From Candidatus Saccharimonadota bacterium (lineage in GTDB: Bacteria > Patescibacteriota > Gracilibacteria > BD1-5 > UBA6164): a DNA stretch of 32,000 nt. Within the stretch, counting starts at the first letter, position 1; every line of letters starts with the position of its first letter. Location: contig OY782392.1 in the NCBI GenBank assembly GCA_963677765.1, positions 420,001-452,000 of the forward strand, given 5' to 3'. The position numbers and the translations under genes were made by a program. Positions 19,594-29,500 of the stretch are shown here, in pieces. The notes under the pieces were generated by a model, which was not told the origin of the DNA, searched no databases, and saw only the letters and a list, made by a program, of their open reading frames with translations.

Positions 19594-19621
19594 ATAATAA
19601 ACATTTAAGGCTCAAAATCAA
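19594..19621 (-). promoter_or_regulatory. putative gyrB promoter
   Basis: Minus strand TTGATT (19616-19621), 16 nt, TATTAT (19594-19599). Confidence 0.4.
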
Positions 19622-19683
19622 GATTTTATGAAGTCATAGACTAAACAAAAAAAACAATAGCCTTAAAATTGAAATTTTTATAT

Positions 19684-19718
19684 AAAAAACAGTAAATTTA
19701 AAAAATTTACTGTTTTTT
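19684..19718. terminator. terminator hairpin downstream of the 19780-20322 gene
   Basis: aaaaaacagtaaattt / aaatttactgtttttt palindrome with an aaa loop. Confidence 0.55.
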
Positions 19719-19779
19719 ATATTTTTCTGAACATACGAGAAGAAAAATAAAAGCTCTTAAAAATCAAAATATTAAGTTT

Positions 19780-20322
19780 TTAGAAATATTTTTTTATTTC
19801 TTCAAACATTTTATAATCACAAAACTTTGAAGCTAGGTTAAATTTTCATAATCTTAAAGCTTTTCTTAGATTAGTAGCAGAGATTTCATATTTTTCTCAA
19901 TCAAAATCTACTAAACTATCTTTTCTAGATTTTTCTATAAAATTTAAATTATAAGATATTAAATGATTTTTATGATTATTTAATACTCTATAAGCGCTAT
20001 CATTAGAAAAATCTCATCAATAAAAATTAATAGTTGTTATTCACTGAAAGTTTTCATACAAAATCTTATATATACTAAAAACCCAAACCAAATCACTACT
20101 ATCATCTTTTAATTCTATAATTTTTAATTTATTATTAAAATTATACTTAATCGAAAGAATTTCTTTTATTTGCTTAAACTCTAGAGGATTTTTTTCATCT
20201 CTATTTTTCATAGTACCTACAAGAACCAAAACAAAATCATTCTCTTCTATCATTTTATCTATTATAGATAAGTGACCTATATGCGGAGGATTCATTCTTC
20301 ATATAAATAATCACAAATTCAT
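19780..20322 (-). CDS. cytidylyltransferase-family nucleotidyltransferase, NMN adenylyltransferase (NadM)-like, 180 aa
   Basis: ATG at complement 20320-20322, TAA at 19780-19782. N-terminus MNLGLFIGRMNPPHIGH (G-x-F-x-G-R-x-x-P-x-H-x-G-H motif). ISATNLRKAL matches the second (ISxTxxR) motif. TGA=Gly is needed at several positions. Confidence 0.6.
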
Positions 20323-20371
20323 TTTTAAATAAGTTATAGTATAAATAAAAAACTAAACATAAGTTTAGCTT

Positions 20372-21451
20372 TTATATTTGTCCTTTTCATGCAGCCTCTA
20401 ATTTTGCCTGTCTATCAGCTAAAGCACAAGATTCTATAATATGTCATATCTTTCACATCATTATTTGAGGAATTCAAGAAAAGTTTTGACCTATTCTATG
20501 ATCAGTAACCCTATCTTGAGGGAAATTATAAGTTCTGATTTTTTCAGATCTATCTCAGCTACCTACTTGTGATGCCCTTGCTTCTCAAAGTTCTTTTTGT
20601 CTTTTTTCTTCTTCAAAAGCATAAAGTTTACTTCTTAATATAGTCCGAGCTTTTTCTCTATTTTTATGTTGTGATCTACCATCTTGACAAAAAACCATTA
20701 TTCAAGTAGGTTTGTGTTTTAATTGTACAGCTGAATCAGTCGTATTAACATGTTGTCAACCAGCTCAACTTGATTTAGTAAATGACATTTCAACATCAGC
20801 TTCATTTAACTCGATATCAATATCATCTACTTCAGGCATTATAGCAACTGTTATAGTACTAGTATGAACTCTTCATTTACTTTCAGTTTCAGGTATTCTT
20901 TGAACCCTATGAACTCATGATTCATATTTAAATATAGAATAAGCTCATTCTCACTTAACTTCAAAAATTATTTCTTTTACTCATCAAGCTTCACTTACCG
21001 ATTGTTCAGTTATTTCAGTTTTAAATCATTCAGCTTCTGCAAAAATCATATAAGACTTAGCAAGTTCTCAAGCAAATAATGCAGCCTCATCTCATCATGC
21101 TCAAGCCCTTATTTCAACAATTATATTTTTATCGTCGTTAGGATCTTTAGGTAAAAGAGCTATTTTTAATCACTCTTCTAGTTCTGGTATTTTATTTTCA
21201 GACTCATGAATTTCTTCTTTTAAAAGCTCTCTCATTTCTTCATCTTTTTCAATATTTAACATTTCTTTATTTTCATCTAAAGAAATATTTAAAGCCTTAT
21301 ATTCTTTATATATATTAACAGCTTCTTCGATTGATTTTTTTCTTGAAGATACCTCTCTTACTTTTTTCTGGTCTTTAAAAATTTCAGGATCTCATAATTT
21401 TTGTTCTAACTGAGAATATTCTTCTACTAAATTATCTAGATTAAATTTCAT
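20372..21451 (-). CDS. prfA: peptide chain release factor 1, 359 aa
   Basis: ATG at complement 21449-21451, TAA at 20372-20374. [14 protein letters not shown] is the RF1-type P-x-T tripeptide region. [16 protein letters not shown] is the GGQ motif. No RF2-type SPF motif and no frameshift site. Confidence 0.9.
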
Positions 21452-21518
21452 ATATTTTTATAAAATTAGTGTTTTAATTGATTTATATAATATAAATTTT
21501 TTAGCTTTTTTCAAGAAA

Positions 21519-22883
21519 CTATAAATTATATTTTAATTTATCCAGAGGTATTTCTTTTCAAGCTATTATGATTTTGGGAGCAAAATTATCTTCATCTTCA
21601 TTACCCTCAAAGAAAAAGCTATTATCTTTTCATGATTCTCACATAATTGAATCTAACTCTTTTTGAACTGTTTTTAGTATCCCCATTTTTTCCATAACAT
21701 CATAAACCCTTGCAACCGCTTCTAAATTAGTAAAATCAGTCATTCTTACTATTTGCTCTATTCTAATTCATGAAGCTTTAAAAGTATAACCATCAACGTA
21801 TTCTATACTATATTTTTTCGGATCTACATCATCTTTTAAATCATATAATTTTATTTCTTTTGGTTCATTTGAAGGCCCCTCAGAAGCAATTATAGATTCT
21901 CTTGAATAATTATCTATTAAATAATCAACCAAATCATCAACTCATTCTCAAGTTGCAGCTGATATAACAAATACCTCTTTATTAAATTTAGACTTAAATT
22001 CTTTTACAATAAACTCTTTCATTTCAGTATCTAATAAATCAGCTTTAGAAAAAACAACTAACTCTTCTTTTTCTGCTAATTCAGGAGAGAAAAACTCTAG
22101 CTCTTTTCTTATATTAGAATAATCTTCAAAAACTTGATCCATTCTATACATATCTAATAAATGTAATAAAACTCAAGTTCTTTCTATATGTTTTAAAAAT
22201 TCGATTCATAGACCTTTTCATTCACTAGCTCACGGTATAAGACCAGGAACATCTTCTAATACTAAAGATTTACCTTTATGATCTAATACTCATAAGTTTG
22301 GAGTCAATGTAGTAAAAGGGTAATCACCAATTTTTGCTTTTACATTAGTTATGTTTGATATCAAAGTAGATTTACCAGCACTTGGAACCCCTATAATACC
22401 TATATCAGCTACTAGTTTTAATTCTAAATGAAGATTTATTTCTTCATTAACATCTCATAGTTCAGCAAAGGCAGGAGCTTGTCTAACAGAAGAACAAAAG
22501 TGAGCATTTCAATAACCACCTCTACCTCATTTTGCAACTAATAATTTCAAATTATTTTCATTTAAATCTGCAATTAAATCACCTGTATCAGCATTTTTAA
22601 CTATAGTTCAAACTGGTACTTTTAGAACTAAATCTGGAGCATTTGCTCAATGCATAGTATTAGTTCATCAACCTTCTCATTTTTGAGCTTTTAATAATTT
22701 TTTATGTCTGTATTCAGATAAAGTGTTTAAATTAATGTCAGTCAATAAATAAACATCTCAACCTTTTCATCCATCTCATCCCCAAGGACCTCATTTTGGA
22801 ATATATTTTTCTCTTCTCCATGAAACCAATCAGTCTCATCATTTACCTGATACAACTGTGATTTTTACTTCATCTATAAACAT
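21519..22883 (-). CDS. obg: GTPase Obg/CgtA with a C-terminal OCT-like domain, 454 aa
   Basis: ATG at complement 22881-22883, TAG at 21519-21521. [44 protein letters not shown] is the glycine-rich Obg fold. G1 motif [10 protein letters not shown]3 motif DVPGLI, and FSKADL. Confidence 0.9.
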
Positions 22884-22916
22884 TTGTATGATTTGATTAA
22901 ATTTTATATAAAATTG

Positions 22917-22944
22917 ATTATAAATATTTTTATTTATTTTTCAA
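22917..22944 (-). promoter_or_regulatory. putative obg promoter
   Basis: Minus strand TTGAAA (22939-22944), 16 nt, TATAAT (22917-22922). Confidence 0.5.
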
Positions 22945-23001
22945 TAACTGCTGAATTTTATTCAAATATACAAAAAAGCAAATAAATATTTTTAATATTG
23001 A

Positions 23002-23083
23002 CTAAAAATAAAAAATACTCCTAAGATGTTTTATCTTAAGAGTATAATTTTTGCTTTAAACATGGTGTCAATGAGTGGAGTTG
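23002..23083. repeat. 82-bp direct repeat, copy A (terminator hairpin plus the last 21 nt of tRNA(CAU), with no tRNA body attached)
   Basis: Identical to 23207-23288 except g23052 versus a23257. It contains the rc of caactccactcattgacacca and the hairpin tactcctaagat / atcttaagagta. Confidence 0.85.
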
Positions 23084-23206
23084 GTCTCTATTACAAACTA
23101 CTTCGTAGTTGGTAATTCCCGACCCGTCAGTAATTGTTCCTATTCGTCACAATTAATTTTTTTCTTGGCTAACCACCAGAAAAAAATCACAGCTTCCATT
23201 CAACTC
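23084..23206. other. 123-bp unassigned insert between the two repeat copies, GC-richer than the surrounding intergenic DNA
   Basis: Contains hairpins attac-c-aactac-gaa-gtagtt-t-gtaat (minus strand) and tttttttctgg-tggttag-cc(a)agaaaaaaa. A 7-nt inverted repeat ggagttg (23077-23083) / caactcc (23201-23207) brackets it. No ORF and no recognised RNA family. Confidence 0.3.
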
Positions 23207-23288
23207 CTAAAAATAAAAAATACTCCTAAGATGTTTTATCTTAAGAGTATAATTTTTACTTTAAACATGGTGTCAATGAGTGGAGTTG
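23207..23288. repeat. 82-bp direct repeat, copy B (functional tRNA 3' end plus its terminator)
   Basis: See copy A. This copy is contiguous with the tRNA body at 23289-23344. Confidence 0.85.
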
Positions 23289-23344
23289 AACCACCGACCT
23301 CGGGGTTATGAATCCCGCGCTCTAACCAACTGAGCTACACTGAC
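23268..23344 (-). tRNA. tRNA with anticodon CAU (elongator Met or Ile2)
   Basis: gtcagtgtagctcagttggttagagcgcgggattcataaccccgaggtcggtggttcaactccactcattgacacca. G1-C72 pair, anticodon loop uuCAUaa, encoded CCA. Confidence 0.85.
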
Positions 23345-23365
23345 ATAAAAAATAATTGCTGAGTC

Positions 23366-23393
23366 TTTATATTTAGAAAGAACAAAAAGTCAA
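23366..23393 (-). promoter_or_regulatory. promoter of tRNA(CAU)
   Basis: Minus strand TTGACT (23388-23393), 16 nt, TATAAA (23366-23371). Confidence 0.5.
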
Positions 23394-23400
23394 ATTTTTT

Positions 23401-23428
23401 TTGACTTATTTCTTTAATTAAATAAAAT
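23401..23428 (+). promoter_or_regulatory. promoter of rpsF-ssb-rpsR
   Basis: TTGACT (23401-23406), 16 nt, TAAAAT (23423-23428). Its -35 box is the mirror partner of the tRNA promoter -35 (agtcaaa-tttttt-tttgact). Confidence 0.55.
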
Positions 23429-23497
23429 GTTGCCACTTTGTTAAAAGTATTTTATATCCTTCCAGTTATTAAATTGGATACTAACCCAAAGGAAAAT

Positions 23498-23785
23498 ATG
23501 GCAAATTATGAATTAATGCTAATTATTAACCCTACTATATCTGAAGAAGATAGAAATTCTTCTATAGAAAATTTAAAAAGCTTATTTGAAAAAAATGAAG
23601 CTAAAATAGAAAAAGAAGATATATGGGGAGACAAAAAATTAGCCTACAAAATCAATAAATTAGATAGAGGTTTTTATGCTTTATATGATTTAGATTTAGA
23701 CGGTAAACTTATTAAAGAATTATCAAGATTAATAAACTTAGATAAAAATATAATAAGATATATGTTTACTAAAAAAGAAGCTTAA
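23498..23785 (+). CDS. rpsF: 30S ribosomal protein S6 (bS6), 95 aa
   Basis: MANYELMLIINPTISEEDRN...WGDKKLAYKINK...GFYALYD is typical of bS6. I chose the ATG at 23498 (preceded by aaggaaaat) rather than the track start at 23438, which lies just downstream of the promoter in the leader. Confidence 0.85.
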   Translation: MANYELMLIINPTISEEDRNSSIENLKSLFEKNEAKIEKEDIWGDKKLAYKINKLDRGFYALYDLDLDGKLIKELSRLINLDKNIIRYMFTKKEA

Positions 23786-23822
23786 TTTTAAACTTCAAAA
23801 TTTTATACTATTTATAATATAA

Positions 23823-24221
23823 ATGAATATGAGAACAGTTAATAAAGTTATACTTATAGGTAACATAACTAGAGATCCTGCAGTTAAAACTACTGAATCT
23901 AATAAAAAAGTTGCACTATTTACAATTGCTACTAACAGATACTTTAAAACTGCTGATGGTGAACAAAAATCAGAAAGTGAATTCCACAATTGTGTTACTT
24001 GGGGAAATTTAGCTGAAAGATGTGAAAAACACCTTACAAAAGGTAAACTTGTATATGCTGAAGGTAGATTGAAAACAAGAGTTATTGAAAAAGAAGATGG
24101 TACTAAATCGTATAAAACTGAAGTTGTTGTTTCAAACATAATCTTCTTAAATAAAAAATCAGATTTTGACGAATTAACTGATGACTCAGGAATTGATTTT
24201 GATGAAGATGACAAATTTTAA
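23823..24221 (+). CDS. ssb: single-stranded DNA-binding protein, 132 aa
   Basis: MNMRTVNKVILIGNITRDPAVK...FHNCVTWGNLAE...YAEGRLKTR forms the OB fold, followed by an acidic tail DFDEDDKF. Confidence 0.9.
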   Translation: MNMRTVNKVILIGNITRDPAVKTTESNKKVALFTIATNRYFKTADGEQKSESEFHNCVTWGNLAERCEKHLTKGKLVYAEGRLKTRVIEKEDGTKSYKTEVVVSNIIFLNKKSDFDELTDDSGIDFDEDDKF

Positions 24222-24303
24222 TTTTAAAAATTAAAAGATAAATTATCAAGTATTACTATACTTGGTTGCATATCCAAAATTTATTACATAAAACCAAAAT
24301 ACT

Positions 24304-24522
24304 ATGACTAAAAATGTATGTCCATTAGAAGGTCAAAACATAGACTATAAAAATGTTGAATTATTAAAAAAATACATCACTAAATTTGGGAAAATTACTC
24401 CTAGATATTACTCTGGTGTATGTTTAAAAAATCAAAAAAAATTAGCAAAAGCTATTAAAAAAGCTAGAATTATGGCTTTATTACCTTTTGTTAAATCATA
24501 TGATCCAAATTACGAAGGATAA
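24304..24522 (+). CDS. rpsR: 30S ribosomal protein S18 (bS18), 72 aa
   Basis: [50 protein letters not shown] is typical of bS18. Confidence 0.9.
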   Translation: MTKNVCPLEGQNIDYKNVELLKKYITKFGKITPRYYSGVCLKNQKKLAKAIKKARIMALLPFVKSYDPNYEG

Positions 24523-24530
24523 TTAAAAAT

Positions 24531-24562
24531 AAAAATAAGCTTTAAGATTAAAGCTTATTTTT
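24531..24562 (+). terminator. terminator after rpsR
   Basis: aaaaataagctttaa / ttaaagcttattttt hairpin followed by a T-run. Confidence 0.6.
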
Positions 24563-24575
24563 ATTTTTAAAAAAC

Positions 24576-24603
24576 TTTACATTTTTTATTTTGCACATAT
24601 AAT
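24576..24603 (+). promoter_or_regulatory. typA promoter
   Basis: TTTACA (24576-24581), 16 nt, TATAAT (24598-24603). Confidence 0.55.
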
Positions 24604-24613
24604 TGCGCGCGTA

Positions 24614-24649
24614 AAATTAAGTTCAGCTAGATTTTGCTGAACTTAATTT
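24614..24649 (+). promoter_or_regulatory. typA 5'-leader hairpin (terminator-like)
   Basis: aaattaagttcagc / gctgaacttaattt, a 14-bp stem with an 8-nt loop, followed by gttatttt. It is preceded by a gcgcgcg block, which is unusual in this AT-rich DNA. Confidence 0.45.
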
Positions 24650-24678
24650 GTTATTTTAACATTTTAGAACATAAATTT

Positions 24679-26478
24679 ATGTCTTTTAGAAATATTGCAA
24701 TCATTGCCCACGTTGACCATGGTAAAACAACTTTGGTTGATGAATTATTAAAAGCTGATGATAATTTTGATACTAGAGTTGGTCTTGAAGAAAGAGCTAT
24801 GGATTCAAACGCTCAAGAACAAGAAAGAGGTATCACTATTTATTCAAAAAATACTGGTATTACTTATAAAGGTAATAAAATTAATATAGTTGATACTCCT
24901 GGGCATGCTGACTTTGGTTCAGAAGTAGAAAGAGTACTTAGAACAGTTGATTCAGTTTGTTTAGTAGTTGATGCTTATGAAGGTCCTATGCCTCAAACTA
25001 AATTCGTATTAAAAAAATCTTTAGAACAAGGGTTACATCCTATAGTTGTTATAAACAAAATGGATAAACCAAGTGCTAGACCTGACTGGGTAATAGATCA
25101 ACTATTTGATTTATTTGTACAATTAGGTGCAAACGATGAACAATGTGAATTATTAAATGAACCAGTTTATGCTATTGCTAGAGAAGGTAAAGCTTGGACT
25201 GATTCAAGTGAAGGAAAAGAAGATATAAGTGCTTTATTAGACTATATTATGGAAAAAGTTCCTGAAGCAGCTAATGACTCTGAAGCTCCATTTAAAATGC
25301 AAGTTGCAAATTTAGGGTTTGATAACTTCCTAGGTAGACTTGGTATTGGTAGAATATATGAATGAGTAGTAAAAGTTGGTCAAGAAGTTTTTGTTACTGC
25401 TAATAATGGTACTGAAAGAAAAGGTAAAATTACTGAAATTTTAACTAACCAAGGTCTAACTAAAGTTAAAGCTAAAGAAGCTACTGCTTGAGATATAGTT
25501 ACTATTGCAGGTATAGCTGATATATTCGTAGGTGAAACTATCTCTTCTATATCAGGAGCTGAACCAATGCCACCTATAACAATAGATGAACCTACTCTAA
25601 AAATGGAATTCTTAGTAAATAATTCTCCATTTGCTGGTAGAGAAGGTAAATTTGTTACTTCTAGACAAATTAGAGATAGATTAGAAAAAGAATTAGAAAC
25701 TAATGTATGATTAAAAATCAATTTTGATACTTGAGATAATTATGAAGTTTCTGGTAGATGAGAATTACACTTATCTGTTCTTATTGAAACAATGAGAAGA
25801 GAAGGTTTTGAATTACAAGTTTGAGCACCAGTAGTAATTATGCATGAAGAAAATGGTGTAAAAATGGAACCAATTGAAAAAGTTACAATAACTGTACCAG
25901 AAGGTACTGAAGGATCAGTTATTGCTGCTTTAGGTAAAAGAAAATGAGAAATGCTTTCAATGATGCCTGAAAATGGTTTAGTTAATTTAGAATTCAAAGT
26001 TCCTACTAGATGATTATTAGGATTCAAATCTGAATTTACTACTATGACTAAAGGTGAAGGTCTTATATCAAGTGGTTTTGAAGAATTTGCTCCTTACAAA
26101 GGTGCAATTGAAAAAAGAGATAGAGGTTCTATGATTTCTATGGAAAATGGTAAAACTATGGCTTACTCTCTATTTAACTTACAAGATAGAGGTACTATAT
26201 TTGTTGAACCAGCTACTGAAATTTATGAAGGTATGATTATTGGTGAATCTAGTAAAGATCAAGATTTAACAGTAAATGCTACTAAAAACAAAAAACTTAC
26301 TAATGTAAGAGCATCTGGTACTGATGAAGCATTAAAACTTACTCCACCAAAATTGATGACTCTTGAAGAAGCTATTGACTATATATCAGAAGATGAATAT
26401 GTTGAAGTTACTCCTGAAACAATTAGATTAAGAAAAAAATACTTAAAAGAAAGTGATAGAAAAAGAAATAAAAAATAA
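24679..26478 (+). CDS. typA: translational GTPase TypA/BipA, 599 aa
   Basis: [24 protein letters not shown]..., [19 protein letters not shown]. It continues through in-frame TGA codons ([45 protein letters not shown]) to TAA at 26476-26478. The track pieces 24634-25365 and 26044-26478 are in the same frame. Confidence 0.95.
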
Positions 26479-26480
26479 TA

Positions 26481-26510
26481 AAAAAGACTGTATTAATACA
26501 GTCTTTTTTT
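26481..26510 (+). terminator. typA terminator
   Basis: aaaaagactgtatt / aatacagtcttttt palindrome followed by a T-run. Confidence 0.65.
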
Positions 26511-26524
26511 TGTATTTGATAATT

Positions 26525-26555
26525 AAAAATATGGACTTTAAAAGTCCATATTTTT
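26525..26555 (-). terminator. dnaE terminator hairpin
   Basis: aaaaatatggactt / aagtccatattttt. It overlaps the dnaE stop codon (26554-26556). Confidence 0.55.
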
Positions 26556-29500
26556 AACTCCATTTATTTTTAATCCATTTTTTCAATAAACTAAGATTAT
26601 TTATTGTTAATTTAGTATCAATTTCTTGTCATTTTAAATTTATGAATACTTTTGTATATCAACTATCATGATTAGATAAAAACTCCTTTAAATCATGTAA
26701 ATCTTGTTTCACAGCATTAGATGGAATATCAATTATATATTTAGGAATAAGTTGATCTTCTAATTCCTCTTTATTTTCTATAATTTTTGATTCTAAATTT
26801 TCTTCAAAATTTTCTTTTATTATAGAACAATTATCATCATTTTTATCTTCACATAATTCTTCTTCTTGTATTTCATTTAAATCTGTATTAACATATCTTT
26901 TAGAATTATCAAAAAGACCTAAATCTTTAGCTTGTGATCTAACCATAGTTATACTAGCTATTTTTATATCACGAGCTCTTATTGATTTTCTCTTATACTC
27001 AAAATTTATATCTAAACTACCATTTACTATAACTATTTTATCAATAGCTAATTTATCTTTGTAGTTATCAACATCCTTAGGAAATATAACAACTTCAAAA
27101 TCATAATCAAATCATTCACACTTCAAAAACATCATTTGTTTTCATGTTTTTGTTACTATTTTTCTTAAATCGACAACAACTCAAACAGCCTGAATCATTT
27201 CTTCTGTATTTTGCTTTTTTTCTTTTTTCTTTGGTTTCTCTCATTTTTCATCCAGTCACATTTCCAAATCTGGTTCTTCGTATTTTTCTGGATTTTGTTT
27301 TTTATCTAATTCTAATAATTCATCAAATCACATTTTTAATTTTTTTGTTTTTTGTCATCTTCTAGCACAATATCTTTTTAATCAATCTAGAGCATGTCAT
27401 GAAACAGAAAATCAAATCATTTCTTTTTCTCAAGCAAGTTTTTCTTCAAAACTAAAATCTTCACATTTAACAAGTTCTAATTTATCTTCAAACTCATCAC
27501 TATTATCAAATAGTCAAATTTGACTAGTTTCTTTTTGTTTTTCATCACGACGACAATATTTGATTATATCATCAATAGATTTGTACATTTGTTTTCTTAT
27601 TCATAACTCATCCATTGCTCATGACATAATTAATGCCTCAAGAGACTTTTTATTAATAACTTCTTTTCAACAAAATTCTATAAAATCTTCTAAGCTATTA
27701 AATTTTCAACCTGCTTCTTCTCTAGCTTGAATAATTTTATCAATTGGTCAATCTCAAATTCACTTAATAGCCTTTAATCAGAATCTTACATTTTTATCGT
27801 CTATATATGTAAAATGTTTTAAAGATTCATTTACACTAGGAGGTAATACAGATATTCATTTAGATTCACATTCTCAAACTTCTAATACTATCCTTTCCAT
27901 ATTTTCTTCGTCTGATACCATCAAAGAAGTTAAAAATTCAGTTGGATAATATGCTTTCAAATATGCAGTTTGATAAGCAATAAAAGCATAACAAGCAGCA
28001 TGTGATTTATTAAATGAATAGTTTGCCGCAGGCATTATCATTTCCGTATATATGTAGTTAGTAGTTTCTGGCTTATATTGTTTATAAGCAGCTCATTTTT
28101 CAATAAACTCCTTTTTTAAGGCTTCTACTACATCTAATTTTTTCTTTCAAACTCATCTTCTAAGAAGGTCAGCTTCTCAAAGACTAAATCATGCCATATA
28201 CTGTACTATAAACATCAATTGTTCTTGATATACAGATATACCATAACTAACATCTAAAATAGGTTTTAAATCTTCTTCTAGTTTTCTTTTTTCTTCTAAT
28301 ATTTCCTCTTCACTATATCATGCTCATTCTAATATTGATCTTAATTCATCAGTTAAGTATTTCAAATCTTTTCTTCAATATTTTACATCAATATATGTAG
28401 GTATATATGCAAGTGGACCAGGTCTATATAGAGACACCATTGCTATAAGGTCTTCAAAACTATCTGGTCATAAATCTTTTAAATACTTTCTCATTCAGTC
28501 AGATTCAAACTGAAATACTCAAGTTGTATCTCAAGCGGCAAAAACATCAAATACTTTTTGATCATTCAAATCAACTCACAATATATCAACATCTATATTT
28601 TTATTTGATTTTATAATTTTTTGTGCTCTTTTAATTACAGTTAAGTTTCTTAATCATAAGAAATCCATTTTTAATAGACCTAGATCTTCTAATGGATTGG
28701 CACTGTATTGAGTTACAACTGCTTCTGCATCTTTTGGTGGATGTTGTAAAGCAGTAAAATTTGTCATTGATTCTGGAGCAATAATTACAGCACAGGCATG
28801 TACTCACAATTGCCTAACATTACCCTCTATTTTTAATGCATTATCAATAATTTCTTTATATTTAGGATTTGTATCATAAGCCTCTTTGAACTCAATTGAT
28901 TCTTCTAATGCTTTTATTAGTTTTGTACCTGGTTTTTCTGGAATAAGTTTTGCTAAATCATTCATCTCTGCAAAAGGTATACCATAAACTCTTCATACAT
29001 CTTTAACAGCAGCTCTAGCAGCAAAAGTACCAAAAGTACATATATTTACTACTTTATCTGATCAGTATTTTTCACTACAATATTTTATTACCTTATCTCT
29101 ATCTGTATCAGCAAAATCAGTATCTATATCTGGCATCGACACTCTGGCTGGATTTAAAAATCTTTCAAAAAGTAGACCATATGGTAATGGATCTATATCA
29201 GTAATTCATGATAAAAATGCCATCAATGAACCAGCAGCTGATCATCTTCATGGTCAAACTGGTATATCATTATCTCTAGCCCAATTTATATAATCTGCTA
29301 CTATAAGGAAGTAAGCATCAAATCACATTTCATGAACTACTACAAGCTCATATTCTAGTCTTTCAATTTTATCTTGTATATCTTGAGTAAATCATGATAG
29401 AATTTGTTTTTTTTCTTCTGTATAATAAGTCAATGATAATCATTTTAATTCTTCAGGAGATGTTTCAGTTAGTTTTTTATCCAAACTTGGTTTATCTAAT

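Noticed and set aside
19558-19779. The intergenic region upstream of gyrB as a possible replication origin
   Set aside because: I found no cluster of DnaA-box-like 9-mers (TTATCCACA and close variants) and no dnaA or dnaN nearby. The region is explained by a gyrB promoter and a terminator hairpin.
23084-23206. The 123-bp insert as tmRNA, SRP (4.5S) RNA or a second tRNA
   Set aside because: It is far too short for tmRNA, and no 5' strand pairs with the cattgac acceptor strand. The conserved SRP helix-8 features (GNRA loop flanked by AGCA and GGA-type loops) are absent. No T-arm can be formed upstream of the duplicated 3' end. It is kept only as an unassigned element.
23438-23497. N-terminal extensions in the track ORFs for rpsF (start 23438) and typA (start 24634)
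   Set aside because: The extensions run through the predicted leader RNA: the post-promoter leader for rpsF and the hairpin for typA. They add non-homologous hydrophobic residues. The conserved family N-termini begin at the internal ATGs 23498 (MANYELM...) and 24679 ([17 protein letters not shown]...).
26554-27300. The DnaE C-terminal region (acidic tail after the OB fold, and a lysine/glutamate-rich linker at about 27180-27300) as an unusual fusion or intein
   Set aside because: E. coli-type DnaE also has a C-terminal domain of roughly 90-130 aa after the OB fold. I saw no intein splice motifs or homing-endonuclease blocks. The low-complexity linker is typical compositional drift in an AT-rich genome.
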